Below are positions 19,990 to 30,142 of a stretch of 64,000 nucleotides of DNA, one piece after another. The DNA is taken from positions 20,890 through 84,889 of the forward strand of contig CAYTFK010000002.1 of the NCBI GenBank assembly GCA_964436865.1, read 5' to 3'. The stretch comes from an uncultured Planctomycetaceae bacterium (GTDB lineage Bacteria; Planctomycetota; Planctomycetia; Pirellulales; Thermoguttaceae). The notes beneath the pieces were generated by a model, which searched no databases, was not told where the DNA came from, and was given only the letters and a program-made list of their open reading frames with translations. Position 1 is the stretch's first letter. Each line of letters begins with the position of its first letter. The position numbers and the translations under genes were made by a program.

Positions 19990-20292
19990 ATGGCGAAGGA
20001 CCTGAACTTGAAGCCGTTGGATGATCGGATTGTGGTCGAGCCTGTTGAGGCCGAAGAGATGACGGCCGGCGGCATCGTGCTTCCCGACACGGCGAAAGAG
20101 AAGCCGCAGCGCGGCACCGTGCTGGCAGTGGGTCCGGGCAAGCTGCTCGACAATGGGGAACGCGGAGCGCTGTCGGTGGCGATCGGCGACGAGGTGATCT
20201 ACGGCAAGTATGCCGGCACGGACATCGAGATCGACGGGCGCGACGTGAAGATCCTCCGTGAAAGCGACGTCTTGGCCAAGGTGGTCAAGTAA
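19990..20292 (+). CDS. groES: co-chaperonin GroES
   Basis: 100 aa. [10 protein letters not shown]...[14 protein letters not shown] mobile-loop region. Confidence 0.95.
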   Translation: MAKDLNLKPLDDRIVVEPVEAEEMTAGGIVLPDTAKEKPQRGTVLAVGPGKLLDNGERGALSVAIGDEVIYGKYAGTDIEIDGRDVKILRESDVLAKVVK

Positions 20293-20348
20293 TACCGGCG
20301 GCTTCCTACTGAACCGGAACCATCAGGACATACAAGGATACTTGAACC

Positions 20349-21968
20349 GTGGCTAAACAACTGTTGTTCGAGGAACAGGCCCGGAGACGAATGCTCCGCG
20401 GCGTCGACATCCTGGCCGACGCGGTCGCGGTGACGATGGGCCCGACGGGCCGGAACGTCATCGTCGACAAGTCGTTCGGCGGACCGACCGTCACCAAGGA
20501 CGGCGTGACGGTGAGCAAGGAAATCGAGCTGGAAGACCGCTTCGAGAACATGGGCGCCAAGCTCGTCAACGAGGTGGCGTCGAAGACGTCGGACGTGGCC
20601 GGCGACGGGACGACAACCGCAACTGTGCTGGCGCGGGCGCTGTTCCGCGAAGGGCTGCGGAACGTGACCGCCGGAAGCAACCCGACCGCGATCCGCCGGG
20701 GAATCGACAAGGCGGTGGATGCGGCGATCGGGCACCTTCAGTCGATGGCTCGCAAGGTCACCGGCAAGGAGGACATCGCCAGCGTGGGCGCCATCAGTGC
20801 CAACAACGACAAGGTGATCGGCAACTTGCTGGCCGACGCCATGGAAGCCGTGGGCAAAGATGGCGTGATCACGGTCGAGGAAGGCAAGACGGCCGAGACG
20901 AGCTACGAGGTCGTCGAGGGCATGCAGTTCGACAAGGGCTATCTCTCGCCCTACTTTATCAACCGCACGCCGGAAATGGATTGCGTGCTTGAGAACGCCT
21001 ACATTCTCATCCATGAGAAGAAGATCAGCAACCTGCGCGATCTGATCCCGCTGCTGGAGAAGACCAGCCAGAAGGCGGCGCCGCTGCTGATCATCGCCGA
21101 GGACGTCGACGGCGAAGCGCTGACGGCGCTGGTGGTCAACAAGCTCCGCGGCGTGCTCAACGTGTGCGCGGTCAAGGCGCCTGGTTTCGGCGACCGCCGC
21201 AAGGCAATGTTGGGCGACATCGCCATCCTCACCGGCGGCACGCTGATCAGTGAAGACCTGGGCATCAAGCTCGAGAACGTGACGCTCGAGCAGCTTGGCC
21301 GGGCCAAGAAGATCACCGTCGACAAGGACCACACCACGATCGTCGAAGGCGCCGGGAAGCGCGAGGATATCCAAAGCCGCATCCAGCAACTGCGCCGCAT
21401 GATCGAGGACACCGACAGCGATTATGATCGTGAGAAATACCAGGAACGGCTGGCGAAGCTGGCCGGCGGCGTGGCGGTGGTCAAGGTCGGGGCCAGCACC
21501 GAGGCCGAGATGAAGCAGAAGAAGGCCCGCATCGAGGACGCTCTGCACGCCACCCGTGCAGCGGCCGAAGAGGGCGTGCTTCCGGGCGGCGGGGTGGCTC
21601 TATTGCGGTGCCGGCCGGCCGTGGAGAAGGTCCGCGGCAGTGCGCGGGGCGACGAGAAGATCGGCGTCGACATCATCTATCGCGTGCTGACGAAGCCGCT
21701 GGAGCAGATTGTCGACAACACCGGTCTGCAGGGCGCGGTCGTGGCCGACGAAGTGGCCGGGAAGCCCGAGAATGTCGGCTTCGACGCCAACAGCGGCCAG
21801 TATGTCGACATGTTCAAGGCCGGCATCATCGACCCGCTCAAGGTGGTGCGGACCGCCCTGCAGAACGCCGCCAGCATCGCCGGGCTGATGCTGACCACGG
21901 AGACGCTCGTCACCGATCTGAAGAAAGAGGACAAGGACAAGCAGCGGGTGGAGGGAAGCGTCCGCTGA
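20349..21968 (+). CDS. groEL: chaperonin GroEL (copy 2, no GGM tail)
   Basis: (M)[12 protein letters not shown] and [12 protein letters not shown]. Ends [15 protein letters not shown] instead of Gly-Met repeats. GTG start. Confidence 0.95.
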   Translation: MAKQLLFEEQARRRMLRGVDILADAVAVTMGPTGRNVIVDKSFGGPTVTKDGVTVSKEIELEDRFENMGAKLVNEVASKTSDVAGDGTTTATVLARALFREGLRNVTAGSNPTAIRRGIDKAVDAAIGHLQSMARKVTGKEDIASVGAISANNDKVIGNLLADAMEAVGKDGVITVEEGKTAETSYEVVEGMQFDKGYLSPYFINRTPEMDCVLENAYILIHEKKISNLRDLIPLLEKTSQKAAPLLIIAEDVDGEALTALVVNKLRGVLNVCAVKAPGFGDRRKAMLGDIAILTGGTLISEDLGIKLENVTLEQLGRAKKITVDKDHTTIVEGAGKREDIQSRIQQLRRMIEDTDSDYDREKYQERLAKLAGGVAVVKVGASTEAEMKQKKARIEDALHATRAAAEEGVLPGGGVALLRCRPAVEKVRGSARGDEKIGVDIIYRVLTKPLEQIVDNTGLQGAVVADEVAGKPENVGFDANSGQYVDMFKAGIIDPLKVVRTALQNAASIAGLMLTTETLVTDLKKEDKDKQRVEGSVR

Positions 21969-22026
21969 GTGGCCTGCGTGCGCCGGTCGGATCGGCGTGG
22001 TGATCGTGGCCAACAAGCATTCCACC

Positions 22027-22060
22027 GGGCCACCCTGCACGCCAGGGTGGCCCGCTTTTT
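22027..22060 (+). terminator. rho-independent terminator after groEL copy 2
   Basis: 11-bp stem GGGCCACCCTG / CAGGGTGGCCC with loop CACGC, followed by GCTTTTT. Confidence 0.75.
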
Positions 22061-22144
22061 GCACCCTCGCCAGGAGGGGCCGAGTACGAGCCGCCCGGGC
22101 ATGGTACAATTGCTGGTTTCGAGCAACGAGCTTCTTCACTAACC

Positions 22145-23284
22145 ATGTCGACCATGGCCGGAAAACGCGACTACTACGAGATCCTCGGGGTCTCGCGGAC
22201 CGCCTCGGAGAAGGAGATCTCCGAAGCCTACCGGAAACTGGCGCTCAAGTACCATCCGGACCGAAATCCGGGCGACGAGGAGGCGGTCGGCCGATTCAAG
22301 GAAGCGGCCGAAGCCTTCGAAGTGCTGAGCAAATCCGACAAGCGGGCCCAGTACGACCGCTACGGGCATGCCGGTCTGGCCGGAGGCGCGCCGCAGTTTC
22401 GGGACGTCTCGGACATCTTCGACGCTTTCGGCGACGTGTTCGGCGAGGGGTTGTTCGGCGACTTCTTCGGCGGCGGTCGGCGCGGCCGACGAGCGCGGCG
22501 CGTGCACCGCGGAGCGGACGTCCAGTGCGAAGTATTGCTGGAACTCCGCGAAGCGGCGCAGGAAACCACGAAGACCATTGAGTTCGAACGGCATACCCAA
22601 TGCCCGACGTGCCACGGCACGGGGGCCAAGGCCGGCACCCAACCCGAGCGCTGCCAGTATTGCGGCGGCGCGGGGCATGTCGTGCAGCGGGCGGGCATTT
22701 TCTCGATGCAGTCGACCTGCCCGTCGTGCCAGGGGCGCGGCACGGTGATTCGCGAGGCCTGCCAGAAATGCCGCGGCGTGGGATTCGTCGGGGAGCGCGT
22801 TACGCGTGAAATCGCGATTCCGGCGGGCGTTGACTCGGGCACGCGACTGCGGCTGCAAGGAGAAGGCGAGCCGAGTCCAGACGGCGGCCCGCGCGGCGAC
22901 TGCTATGTGTTCATCAGGCTGACCGAGCATCCGCTGTTTCATCGCGACGGGCATGACCTTGCGTGCCAGGTGCCAATTCATTATGCGCAGCTAGCCCTGG
23001 GGGCAACCATTCAGGTGCCGACGCTTGACGGACCGGAGGACCTCACCATTCCACCGGGCACGCAAAGCGGCGAGATCTTTCGCCTTCGCGGCCGCGGGAT
23101 GCCCAGCCCCCGCAGCCGGTCCCGTGGCGATCTGTTGATCCAGGTTTATGTCGAGGTGCCCAAAAAACTGGATGAACGACACGAACGGGTGTTGCGGGAA
23201 CTGGCGGAGATTGAAAACACCAATGTGACTCCGGCGAGGACGAGTTTTTTCAGCAAGCTCAAGGACTATTTCCAGACGAGTTAG
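22145..23284 (+). CDS. dnaJ: molecular chaperone DnaJ
   Basis: J domain (DYYEILGV...HPD), G/F-rich linker and four CxxCxGxG zinc-finger repeats. An alternative ATG lies at 22154. Confidence 0.95.
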   Translation: MSTMAGKRDYYEILGVSRTASEKEISEAYRKLALKYHPDRNPGDEEAVGRFKEAAEAFEVLSKSDKRAQYDRYGHAGLAGGAPQFRDVSDIFDAFGDVFGEGLFGDFFGGGRRGRRARRVHRGADVQCEVLLELREAAQETTKTIEFERHTQCPTCHGTGAKAGTQPERCQYCGGAGHVVQRAGIFSMQSTCPSCQGRGTVIREACQKCRGVGFVGERVTREIAIPAGVDSGTRLRLQGEGEPSPDGGPRGDCYVFIRLTEHPLFHRDGHDLACQVPIHYAQLALGATIQVPTLDGPEDLTIPPGTQSGEIFRLRGRGMPSPRSRSRGDLLIQVYVEVPKKLDERHERVLRELAEIENTNVTPARTSFFSKLKDYFQTS

Positions 23285-23311
23285 CGTGTATCGTGCGGTG
23301 GAGGAGGAGAA

Positions 23312-23932
23312 GTGGCAGCCAACGAAGAACAAGCCCGAGTTGATCCCGCGCCCCAGGCTGCGGAAGGGCCGCAGTCAGGCGGCGAGCCGACGGCGGAGCA
23401 GGCGGCCGCCGATCAGGTGTTCCAAATCGCCGAGGAGGGCGAATTGGATCAGCTTCGGGCCGATCTCGAGGAGATGAAGGAGCGTGCCCTGCGCAGCCAG
23501 GCGGAGTTGGAGAACTACCGCAAGCGAGTGGCCCGGCAGATTGACGAAGAGCGGCGTTACGCCGAGTTGCCGCTGGTGCACGACCTGCTTCCCGTGGTGG
23601 ACAACATCCAGCGGGCGATCGAGGCGGCCGAGAAGGCCGGGGAGGCGCCGGCACTACTCCAGGGTTTCCAGATGGTGGCCAGGCAGCTCGAGGATGTGCT
23701 CCAGAAGCACCACTGCAAACGGATTGAGGCGCTCCATCGGGCGTTCGATCCCCATTTCCACGCCGCGATCGCCCAGCAGCCTTCGGCCGAGCACGAGCCG
23801 ATGACCATCGTGCTCGTCACGCAGGAAGGATACACACTCCACGATCGGGTCGTGCGACCGAGCCAGGTGATTGTGGCGGCGCCGGCTGCGGAGAGTTCCG
23901 AAGCGGGGCCGGGGGCCGATCACGCGGCGTAG
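23312..23932 (+). CDS. grpE: nucleotide exchange factor GrpE
   Basis: GTG start after GGAGGAG. Family pattern (RSQAELENYRKR, LLPVVDNIQRA, GYTLHDRVVRPSQV). Confidence 0.9.
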   Translation: MAANEEQARVDPAPQAAEGPQSGGEPTAEQAAADQVFQIAEEGELDQLRADLEEMKERALRSQAELENYRKRVARQIDEERRYAELPLVHDLLPVVDNIQRAIEAAEKAGEAPALLQGFQMVARQLEDVLQKHHCKRIEALHRAFDPHFHAAIAQQPSAEHEPMTIVLVTQEGYTLHDRVVRPSQVIVAAPAAESSEAGPGADHAA

Positions 23933-23981
23933 CCCGCTGAGTTCTCACGGTCGATTCAGCATTCAATGAGGCGAGAGTCAT

Positions 23982-24284
23982 ATGCCTACCTACGACTATA
24001 GATGCGACGCTTGCGACCATCAGTTCGAGACCTTCCAGTCGATCACTGCCAATCCGCTCAAGAAATGTCCAGAGTGTGGACGGCTGAAGCTGCGGCGGCT
24101 GATCGGTCCGGGCGCGGCGATTGTGTTCAAGGGTTCCGGCTTCTACCAGACCGACTACCGCAGTTCATCGTACAAGAAAGCGGCTGCCTCGGAATCGAAA
24201 CCGGAAAGCAGCGGCTCGAACGGTTCTTCTTCAACTGCAAAATCGGAGGCGAAGAGCGAGACCAAGGCCGCCGCGAAAGAGTGA
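23982..24284 (+). CDS. FmdB-family zinc-ribbon protein
   Basis: MPTYDYRCDACDHQFE...CPECG is the CxxC...CxxC zinc ribbon typical of FmdB-like putative regulators. Ser/Lys-rich tail. Confidence 0.8.
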   Translation: MPTYDYRCDACDHQFETFQSITANPLKKCPECGRLKLRRLIGPGAAIVFKGSGFYQTDYRSSSYKKAAASESKPESSGSNGSSSTAKSEAKSETKAAAKE

Positions 24285-24354
24285 TTCAGAGCCTCCTGCC
24301 TCAGTCTGCCGAGCCCCCGTCGCGGAGCACTGAGGAAGAACTTCGCGGACCTCG

Positions 24355-24546
24355 ATGATGGCCGTGATCCGCTGCCCGATCTGTGGATCTTCATTCAACC
24401 CGGACGAGAGCCCGGCGATGCCGTTCTGCAGCGTGCGCTGCAAGCGAGCGGACCTCCAGCGGTGGCTGACAGAAGGCTATGGCTTGCCGCTCGATCCGGA
24501 AGAAGAGGACCAGCCCAACCCCAACGGCGATGCGGCGCCGTCCTGA
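24355..24546 (+). CDS. yacG: DNA gyrase inhibitor YacG-like zinc finger protein
   Basis: CPICG...PFCSVRCKRADLQRW matches the YacG zinc-finger signature. 63 aa. Confidence 0.78.
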   Translation: MMAVIRCPICGSSFNPDESPAMPFCSVRCKRADLQRWLTEGYGLPLDPEEEDQPNPNGDAAPS

Positions 24547-24571
24547 CGCACTCGGCCCCTTCCAGACTTTC

Positions 24572-24599
24572 TTGCATCAACCGGGTGGGTTCGTATAAT
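24572..24599 (+). promoter_or_regulatory. candidate sigma70-type promoter (TTGCAT-N16-TATAAT)
   Basis: -35 at 24572-24577 and -10 at 24594-24599. Immediately followed by the hairpin CCGGACT-GTGGCG-AGTCCGG (24601-24620). Upstream of the membrane protein gene at 24731. Confidence 0.45.
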
Positions 24600-24730
24600 G
24601 CCGGACTGTGGCGAGTCCGGCCTTCGATTCCTGCTCGGTAGCGGGCCCGCGCGCCGCTTGCCGGCCAGACGACCGATTATTGACGTGCCGGTGCTGCTGA
24701 GCAGGATGTTTCATCCGCGGGGACGCTTCC

Positions 24731-26017
24731 ATGAGGGATGGTGATAGCGAGATGGTGCGGGAAATCGTCTGGTTCGACGTGTTTCCCTGGATGAACCTGT
24801 TTCGCTGTTTCCGATTGGCGCTAGAAACCCGGCTGATGTTCCTCTCGGCGGTGGCTGTGGTGCTGATGCTGAGCGGTTGGGCTGTGCTTGGCTATGTTTT
24901 CTCCGGAGCGCCGGAGGTGGCGGACGAATTTGGCGGCGAGTACGGTTGCCCCTGGGTGTGGGCTTCGCATCACGTCTCCGATCGGCCGGGACTGCCGCCG
25001 CGGCTGGTTCCGGAGTGGCTCCAGCCGGCAACACGGCCGGCATTGGCGCGGAGCGAATCGTTCCTGGACCGGATGTGGGAGCCGATCCTCGGGACGTGGG
25101 AGCAGCTGACGCGGCCGTTCCGCTGGGTGCTCCGGCGGGGTGTGACGTTGAGCGAGGCGGTTTTCCTGCTACTGTCGGGGCTATGGGGGCTGGCGGTCTG
25201 GTCGTTTTTCGGCGCGGCGATCACGCGGGTCGCCGCGGTGGAGTTTGCTACCGGCGAGCGCGTGAGTTGGAGCGCCATGCTCGGCCATGCGGCACGAAAG
25301 TGGAGCGCGTATTTCTGGGCGCCGCTGGCGCCGTTGCTCCTCGTGCTGGGCTTTGCCGCGCTGATCTGGGTCTTCGGCTGGCTGCTGCGGGCGAACCTGG
25401 GAGTGCTTGTGGTGGGTACCATCTGGCCACTTCTGCTCCTGGCCGGACTGGCGATGGCGGTTCTGCTGCTGGGGCTGGGGTTTGGATGGCCCTTGATGTG
25501 GGCCACAATCAGCGCGGAAGGGAGCGACAGTTGGGACGCGCTGAGCCGCTCCTACGGCTATACATTCCAGCGACCGTTCCACTATTTCCTTTACGTGTTG
25601 CTGGCGGTCTTCGTCGGCATATTGTCGTGGATCATCGTCTTCAACTTCGCGGCTGCGGTGATCTACCTCACCGAGTCGGCAGCGGCTTGGAGTGCCGGAG
25701 CAGAGCGACTGGAGATGATCCGGTCGGGGTCGGAGGAATTGGGACCGTTGGGGATGGTCGGCGCCTGGTTGATGCGATTCTGGGGTCAATGCGTGAAGGT
25801 CTTTGCCGTCGGTTTCCTGTACAGCTTTTTCTGGACGGCAGCCACGGTGATGTACTTCCTGCTCCGCCGCGACGTTGACGCAGTGGAACTGGACGAAGTC
25901 TATCTGGATGAAGATGCCGAGCAGCCAGCTCGGGGCTTGCCGCCGCTAAAGACCGACAGCGCTGGAGCCCCGGTCATCGACAATGGAACCGCGGCTGATT
26001 CGCCCGACGCGAAATAG
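24731..26017 (+). CDS. polytopic membrane protein, unknown function
   Basis: 428 aa with at least 7 long hydrophobic segments and an acidic C-terminal tail. No recognisable motif. Confidence 0.65.
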   Translation: MRDGDSEMVREIVWFDVFPWMNLFRCFRLALETRLMFLSAVAVVLMLSGWAVLGYVFSGAPEVADEFGGEYGCPWVWASHHVSDRPGLPPRLVPEWLQPATRPALARSESFLDRMWEPILGTWEQLTRPFRWVLRRGVTLSEAVFLLLSGLWGLAVWSFFGAAITRVAAVEFATGERVSWSAMLGHAARKWSAYFWAPLAPLLLVLGFAALIWVFGWLLRANLGVLVVGTIWPLLLLAGLAMAVLLLGLGFGWPLMWATISAEGSDSWDALSRSYGYTFQRPFHYFLYVLLAVFVGILSWIIVFNFAAAVIYLTESAAAWSAGAERLEMIRSGSEELGPLGMVGAWLMRFWGQCVKVFAVGFLYSFFWTAATVMYFLLRRDVDAVELDEVYLDEDAEQPARGLPPLKTDSAGAPVIDNGTAADSPDAK

Positions 26018-26023
26018 CCCCCT

Positions 26024-26371
26024 CTAGGCTGCGCCCGGGCCGCGGAAGCCGTCGTTGATCTGGATGGCATCCAGGGTGGGAATGATAAAGATCTTGCCGT
26101 CGCCAATCGTCCCCTCCGGGCCGGTGCGAGCCACATTGGCAAGGGCTTCCAGTGTCCGTTCGAGAAAGTCGTCGTTGACTACGATTTCCAGAGCGATCTT
26201 CCGCAACAGGCGCGTCTTGTATTCCTGGCCCCGGTACAACTGGGTCCGCCCCCGCTGTTGGCCGAACCCCTGGGCATCGCAAACCGTCATCCGGGTGACT
26301 TCAATCTTTTGCAGGGCCTCACGGACCGCCTTGAGCTTGGTCGGCTGAATGATGGCGATCACGGTCTTCAT
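26024..26371 (-). CDS. glnB: nitrogen regulatory protein P-II family
   Basis: MKTVIAIIQP N-terminus. T-loop GFGQQRGRTQLYRGQEY with the conserved Tyr. The ATG at 26371 is used because the track start at 26374 is TTG. Confidence 0.88.
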   Translation of the reverse strand: MKTVIAIIQPTKLKAVREALQKIEVTRMTVCDAQGFGQQRGRTQLYRGQEYKTRLLRKIALEIVVNDDFLERTLEALANVARTGPEGTIGDGKIFIIPTLDAIQINDGFRGPGAA

Positions 26372-26457
26372 CAAACACCCTCCACCGCGTCGGCGCGACC
26401 TGATGACTACGGGAACATAGATAGCATACCGGCCTCTTTCATTCGGGCCTAGCCGTC

Positions 26458-27486
26458 ATGGATTTCAGAAGCGCCCCCTCCCGGGTCTTGCACGCCTATC
26501 CCGCCGATTGCCGATCGGAGCAGGTTGAGGGGCTCGGGGGGGCAGGTGGATTCAGCGGAGCGGAGTTCTGGCGAGTTCATGCACCGCGCGGTGCGTTGTG
26601 TTTGAGACGTTGGCCGCGGGAGCACCCGGCGCGCGAGGGACTGGATTTCATACACCTCGTGCTCGAATATGCCGCTCGGCGGGGGCTAAATACCATCCCG
26701 TTACCGATCCGAACTCTGGCGGGAACGAGTTGGGTATTCGAGCATGGCCACTTGTGGGACCTGACGCCATGGCTCCCGGGCGAATCGAGTTTTGAGCGCG
26801 AACCGAGCCGCGAGAAAGTTGAGGCGGGCCTCCGCGCGCTGGCTGAGTTTCACCTGGCGACGGCCGATTACCCGGCATCGGCGGGCGCGACGGGAGTAGC
26901 GCCGGGCATTCAACGGCGATTGGAGCAGTTGCGGCACTGGCTTGACGGCGGGCTGGAGGAATTATCAGAAGCAATCATGGACCGCGACTGGCCCGAGTTC
27001 GCCTCCCGGGCGCGCTCGATCCTCAATGAAGCCCGACAGACAGCCCCAGCGGTTTGGGGGAAGTTGAAAGAGGTGGCCTCGCTGGCTGTGCCGCTTCAAC
27101 CATGTATCCGCGACATCTGGCATGGGCACGTATTATTCATCGGGAGCCGAGTCACTGGCTTGGTTGATTTTGGCTCACTCGAGGTAGACAATGTGGCGAC
27201 CGACGTGGCCAGGCTGTTGGGGAGCATGGCCGGCGACCAAACCCTGTGGTGGAACGCCGGTGCGGCCGCATACGGGACCGTTCGGAGGCTGTCCCCCGAA
27301 GAGACCATGCTCGTAAGGGCTTACGACCTCAGCACGGTGGTGATATCGGGTTTGAATTGGGTCGACTGGGTCTTCTGCCAGCGACGACAGTTCGCCGATC
27401 GCCCGGCGGTGATCCGACGACTGGATGGCATTGTCGAACGCTTGCGGGTTCTGAGCCGTAGCAGGAAAGATTGGCTGTCGCGGTAA
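26458..27486 (+). CDS. phosphotransferase of the APH / protein-kinase-like fold
   Basis: Brenner-like catalytic segment IRDIWHGHVLF followed by GLVDFG (DFG-type metal-binding motif). N-terminal Gly-rich segment GGAGGFSGA. Confidence 0.68.
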   Translation: MDFRSAPSRVLHAYPADCRSEQVEGLGGAGGFSGAEFWRVHAPRGALCLRRWPREHPAREGLDFIHLVLEYAARRGLNTIPLPIRTLAGTSWVFEHGHLWDLTPWLPGESSFEREPSREKVEAGLRALAEFHLATADYPASAGATGVAPGIQRRLEQLRHWLDGGLEELSEAIMDRDWPEFASRARSILNEARQTAPAVWGKLKEVASLAVPLQPCIRDIWHGHVLFIGSRVTGLVDFGSLEVDNVATDVARLLGSMAGDQTLWWNAGAAAYGTVRRLSPEETMLVRAYDLSTVVISGLNWVDWVFCQRRQFADRPAVIRRLDGIVERLRVLSRSRKDWLSR

Positions 27487-27679
27487 CCCGCCGTTCGGGT
27501 GGTGTCGGTTCGATGGATGTAACGGCCATCGCGTGCAGCGCATCAAAATCTGGACCGGGCCGCAAGGCCTGGAATTGTGCCGTTCCGAGGAAATCGGTGG
27601 AGAGACCGGACTGGCTCTGCTGGCACCCGGTCGTCTATCATCCGGAACTGAATATCAGCACCAGAGGAAATTGACAGGG

Positions 27680-29800
27680 ATGCATACTCGGCTTTTCTAT
27701 CTGGCGATACTGACTGCGTTGACGGGGATCGGCTGGGGCAGTGTTTTGCCGAGGGCCAGTGCGCAGGGACTGCTGGACGGGTTTGGAGGCTTGGGCGGGC
27801 AGGACAGCCGCGAGCAGATTGTAACGCTGGAATCGCAGTTTACGCCTCCGTCGGGCGACCATCCGGGGCGATTGTTCATCAAGGCCAGTATCAAGCCGGG
27901 CTGGCACGTCTACTCGATCACCCAACCGCCGGGCGGTCCAGTTGCCACAAAGATAAAACTGGGCGAATCGACCGCCTACCAGTTGGCGGGCGAATTCCGG
28001 TCGTCGCCGAAGCCGGAAGTGAAGAAGGAGCCGGCCTTCAATAATCTCGAGGTTGAGTCGCATTCCGGCAGCGTGATCTGGCACGCGCCGTTGGCTTTGG
28101 CCCCGGGTGTCGATTCCACAAAACTGCGGATCCAGGGCACGGTTCAGGCGCAGCCTTGCGACGCGAGCAGTTGCCTGCCGCCGCGGACTTTCACCTTTGT
28201 CGCCGCGGTCGGACCAGGAATGGCATTGCCGAAAGAGGACAAGGATCAGCAGGATGCGGCTTCCGAACGAAGCGCGGCTGTTCCTCCGGTGGCCGCCCCT
28301 CAACTGCCAACGGGGACGACGGATACCTTGCCGCCACCAGCGGTCGTCGCTGCAAAACCCGACGAGTTGCCGTGGCGAGCGTTCTCCATGGCATCGTTCC
28401 AGCAGGCAGTCGGCCCGAAATTCGATCCGGAGTTGATGCAGGCCAGCGTGCGCCAGAAGCGCGACGACGGGTCGATCGTGCAGATGATTGGATTGGCATT
28501 CGTCGGCGGGTTGCTGTTGAATCTGATGCCGTGCGTACTGCCGGTGATCGGCCTGAAGATCCTGTCGTTTGTCGAGCAATCGGGGCATGACCGCCGACGG
28601 GCCCTGGCGCTCAACGTGTGGTACGCCGCGGGGTTGATGGCGGTCTTCCTGCTTCTCGCGTCACTGGCAGTGGGTTTCAATCTTGGCTGGGGGCATCTGT
28701 TCAAGTCGGCTGGCTTCAATGTGGCCATGGCCAGTGTCGTGTTCGTCATGGCGCTGAGTTTTCTGGGCGTGTGGGAGATTCCCATACCCGGCTTCGTAGG
28801 CCACGGCCGCGCCATCGATCTGGCCGAGAAGGAAGGCTACAGCGGAGCGTTTGCCAAGGGCGTGTTGACCACCATCCTCGCGACGCCATGTACCGGGCCC
28901 TTTATGGGAACGGCCTTGGCGTGGGCGGTGAATCAACCGGCAGGGAACACGTACGCGGTGTTTGCCAGCGTGGGGCTAGGCATGGCCAGCCCGTACCTGC
29001 TCATCGGAGCGTTTCCAGCGCTGATCCGATTCCTGCCGCGACCGGGGGCGTGGATGGACACATTCAAGCAGGTCATGGGCTTCGTCCTGCTGGCAACAGT
29101 CGTCTACATCTTCACGTTCCTGGAATCGACTTTTATCGTGCCCACGATCGGATTCCTGTTCGCTCTCTGGGGAGCGGCATGGTGGATTGGGCGGGTGTCG
29201 CCGGTCGCCGACCTGAACACGAAAGTTCGTGCGTGGGCCGGTGCCGCTGCGTTCGCCGGCGGTGCCTGGATCCTGCTCTTTCCGGGAATCGATGAATTTA
29301 CCACCGGTCGGTTCGCTTTCAGCGGGGTTCGCGAAATCATGGAAGGGCGATCGGAACAACGGTTCCAGCGACAACTGAACACACTGCTGAGCGAACGCAG
29401 TCTGCAGCTTGTCGCAGCGGATGAGACCGCCGCCATTCCCTTCGCAGGCGAACAGACGGTATTGCTCGACTTCACGGCTGATTGGTGTGCGACCTGCAAG
29501 ACGCTGGAGGCCCAGGTGCTCAACACGCCGGAGATTCGTGAGAGTATTCAGAAGAACGGCGTGGTGATGATGCAAGCCGACTGGACGGACGAAGCGCCGG
29601 AAGTCACCCGGTTCCTCGACTGGTTTGGTTTCCGCCAGGTTCCCGTCGTCGCGGTCTTCCCCGCCGGAAACCCCAACAACCCGATCTGGTTCACCGGTTG
29701 GTACACCCAGCGCGACATTCTTGATGCGCTTGTCAAAGCCGGACCGTCGGCTACCGCAGCCCGCACGACGACACTCACGGCGATGGGGGCCGGTCCATGA
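27680..29800 (+). CDS. dsbD: DsbD-like thiol:disulfide interchange protein
   Basis: Signal peptide from the ATG at 27680. N-terminal DsbD-alpha-like domain (GWHVYS...QPCDASSCLPP). Polytopic core with LLNLMPCVLPV and ATPCTGPF. C-terminal thioredoxin WCATC. Confidence 0.82.
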   Translation: MHTRLFYLAILTALTGIGWGSVLPRASAQGLLDGFGGLGGQDSREQIVTLESQFTPPSGDHPGRLFIKASIKPGWHVYSITQPPGGPVATKIKLGESTAYQLAGEFRSSPKPEVKKEPAFNNLEVESHSGSVIWHAPLALAPGVDSTKLRIQGTVQAQPCDASSCLPPRTFTFVAAVGPGMALPKEDKDQQDAASERSAAVPPVAAPQLPTGTTDTLPPPAVVAAKPDELPWRAFSMASFQQAVGPKFDPELMQASVRQKRDDGSIVQMIGLAFVGGLLLNLMPCVLPVIGLKILSFVEQSGHDRRRALALNVWYAAGLMAVFLLLASLAVGFNLGWGHLFKSAGFNVAMASVVFVMALSFLGVWEIPIPGFVGHGRAIDLAEKEGYSGAFAKGVLTTILATPCTGPFMGTALAWAVNQPAGNTYAVFASVGLGMASPYLLIGAFPALIRFLPRPGAWMDTFKQVMGFVLLATVVYIFTFLESTFIVPTIGFLFALWGAAWWIGRVSPVADLNTKVRAWAGAAAFAGGAWILLFPGIDEFTTGRFAFSGVREIMEGRSEQRFQRQLNTLLSERSLQLVAADETAAIPFAGEQTVLLDFTADWCATCKTLEAQVLNTPEIRESIQKNGVVMMQADWTDEAPEVTRFLDWFGFRQVPVVAVFPAGNPNNPIWFTGWYTQRDILDALVKAGPSATAARTTTLTAMGAGP

Positions 29801-29813
29801 GCAGGGGTGCGGT

Positions 29814-30098
29814 TCAGGACCAGATGAACCAGAGCAGACAGGGTAATCCGACGAGAAAGAACCACCCCAGCGCTGAGACGAGATACGGCGGCGTATCAGA
29901 ATCGATGTAGCCGCCGCGTCCCACGTAACCGGCAAAGCTTCCAACCTCATCTGGAAACCAGATCATTCCCAACGGGAGCAGAACAACCGCGGAGAATACC
30001 ACTATCGCCGGAGATAGACGCTGTTCGGCGACCACCGACCCGGCAAGATAGGCGAGAGCGACCAACAGGCTCAGGATTCTTCCGATTGTGATCGGCAT
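29814..30098 (-). CDS. small membrane protein, unknown function
   Basis: Three hydrophobic segments in about 94 aa. First ATG at 30098 (track start at 30125 is TTG). No SD seen. Confidence 0.4.
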   Translation of the reverse strand: MPITIGRILSLLVALAYLAGSVVAEQRLSPAIVVFSAVVLLPLGMIWFPDEVGSFAGYVGRGGYIDSDTPPYLVSALGWFFLVGLPCLLWFIWS

Positions 30099-30142
30099 TG
30101 GGGGATTTGCTGCAAGCCTGCACAACGGCCCATGCTTCTGCC

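Noticed and set aside
24601-24660. tRNA-like T-loop sequence CCTTCGATTCC after the candidate promoter
   Set aside because: The flanking bases do not form a T-arm stem, and no acceptor, D or anticodon arms can be drawn.
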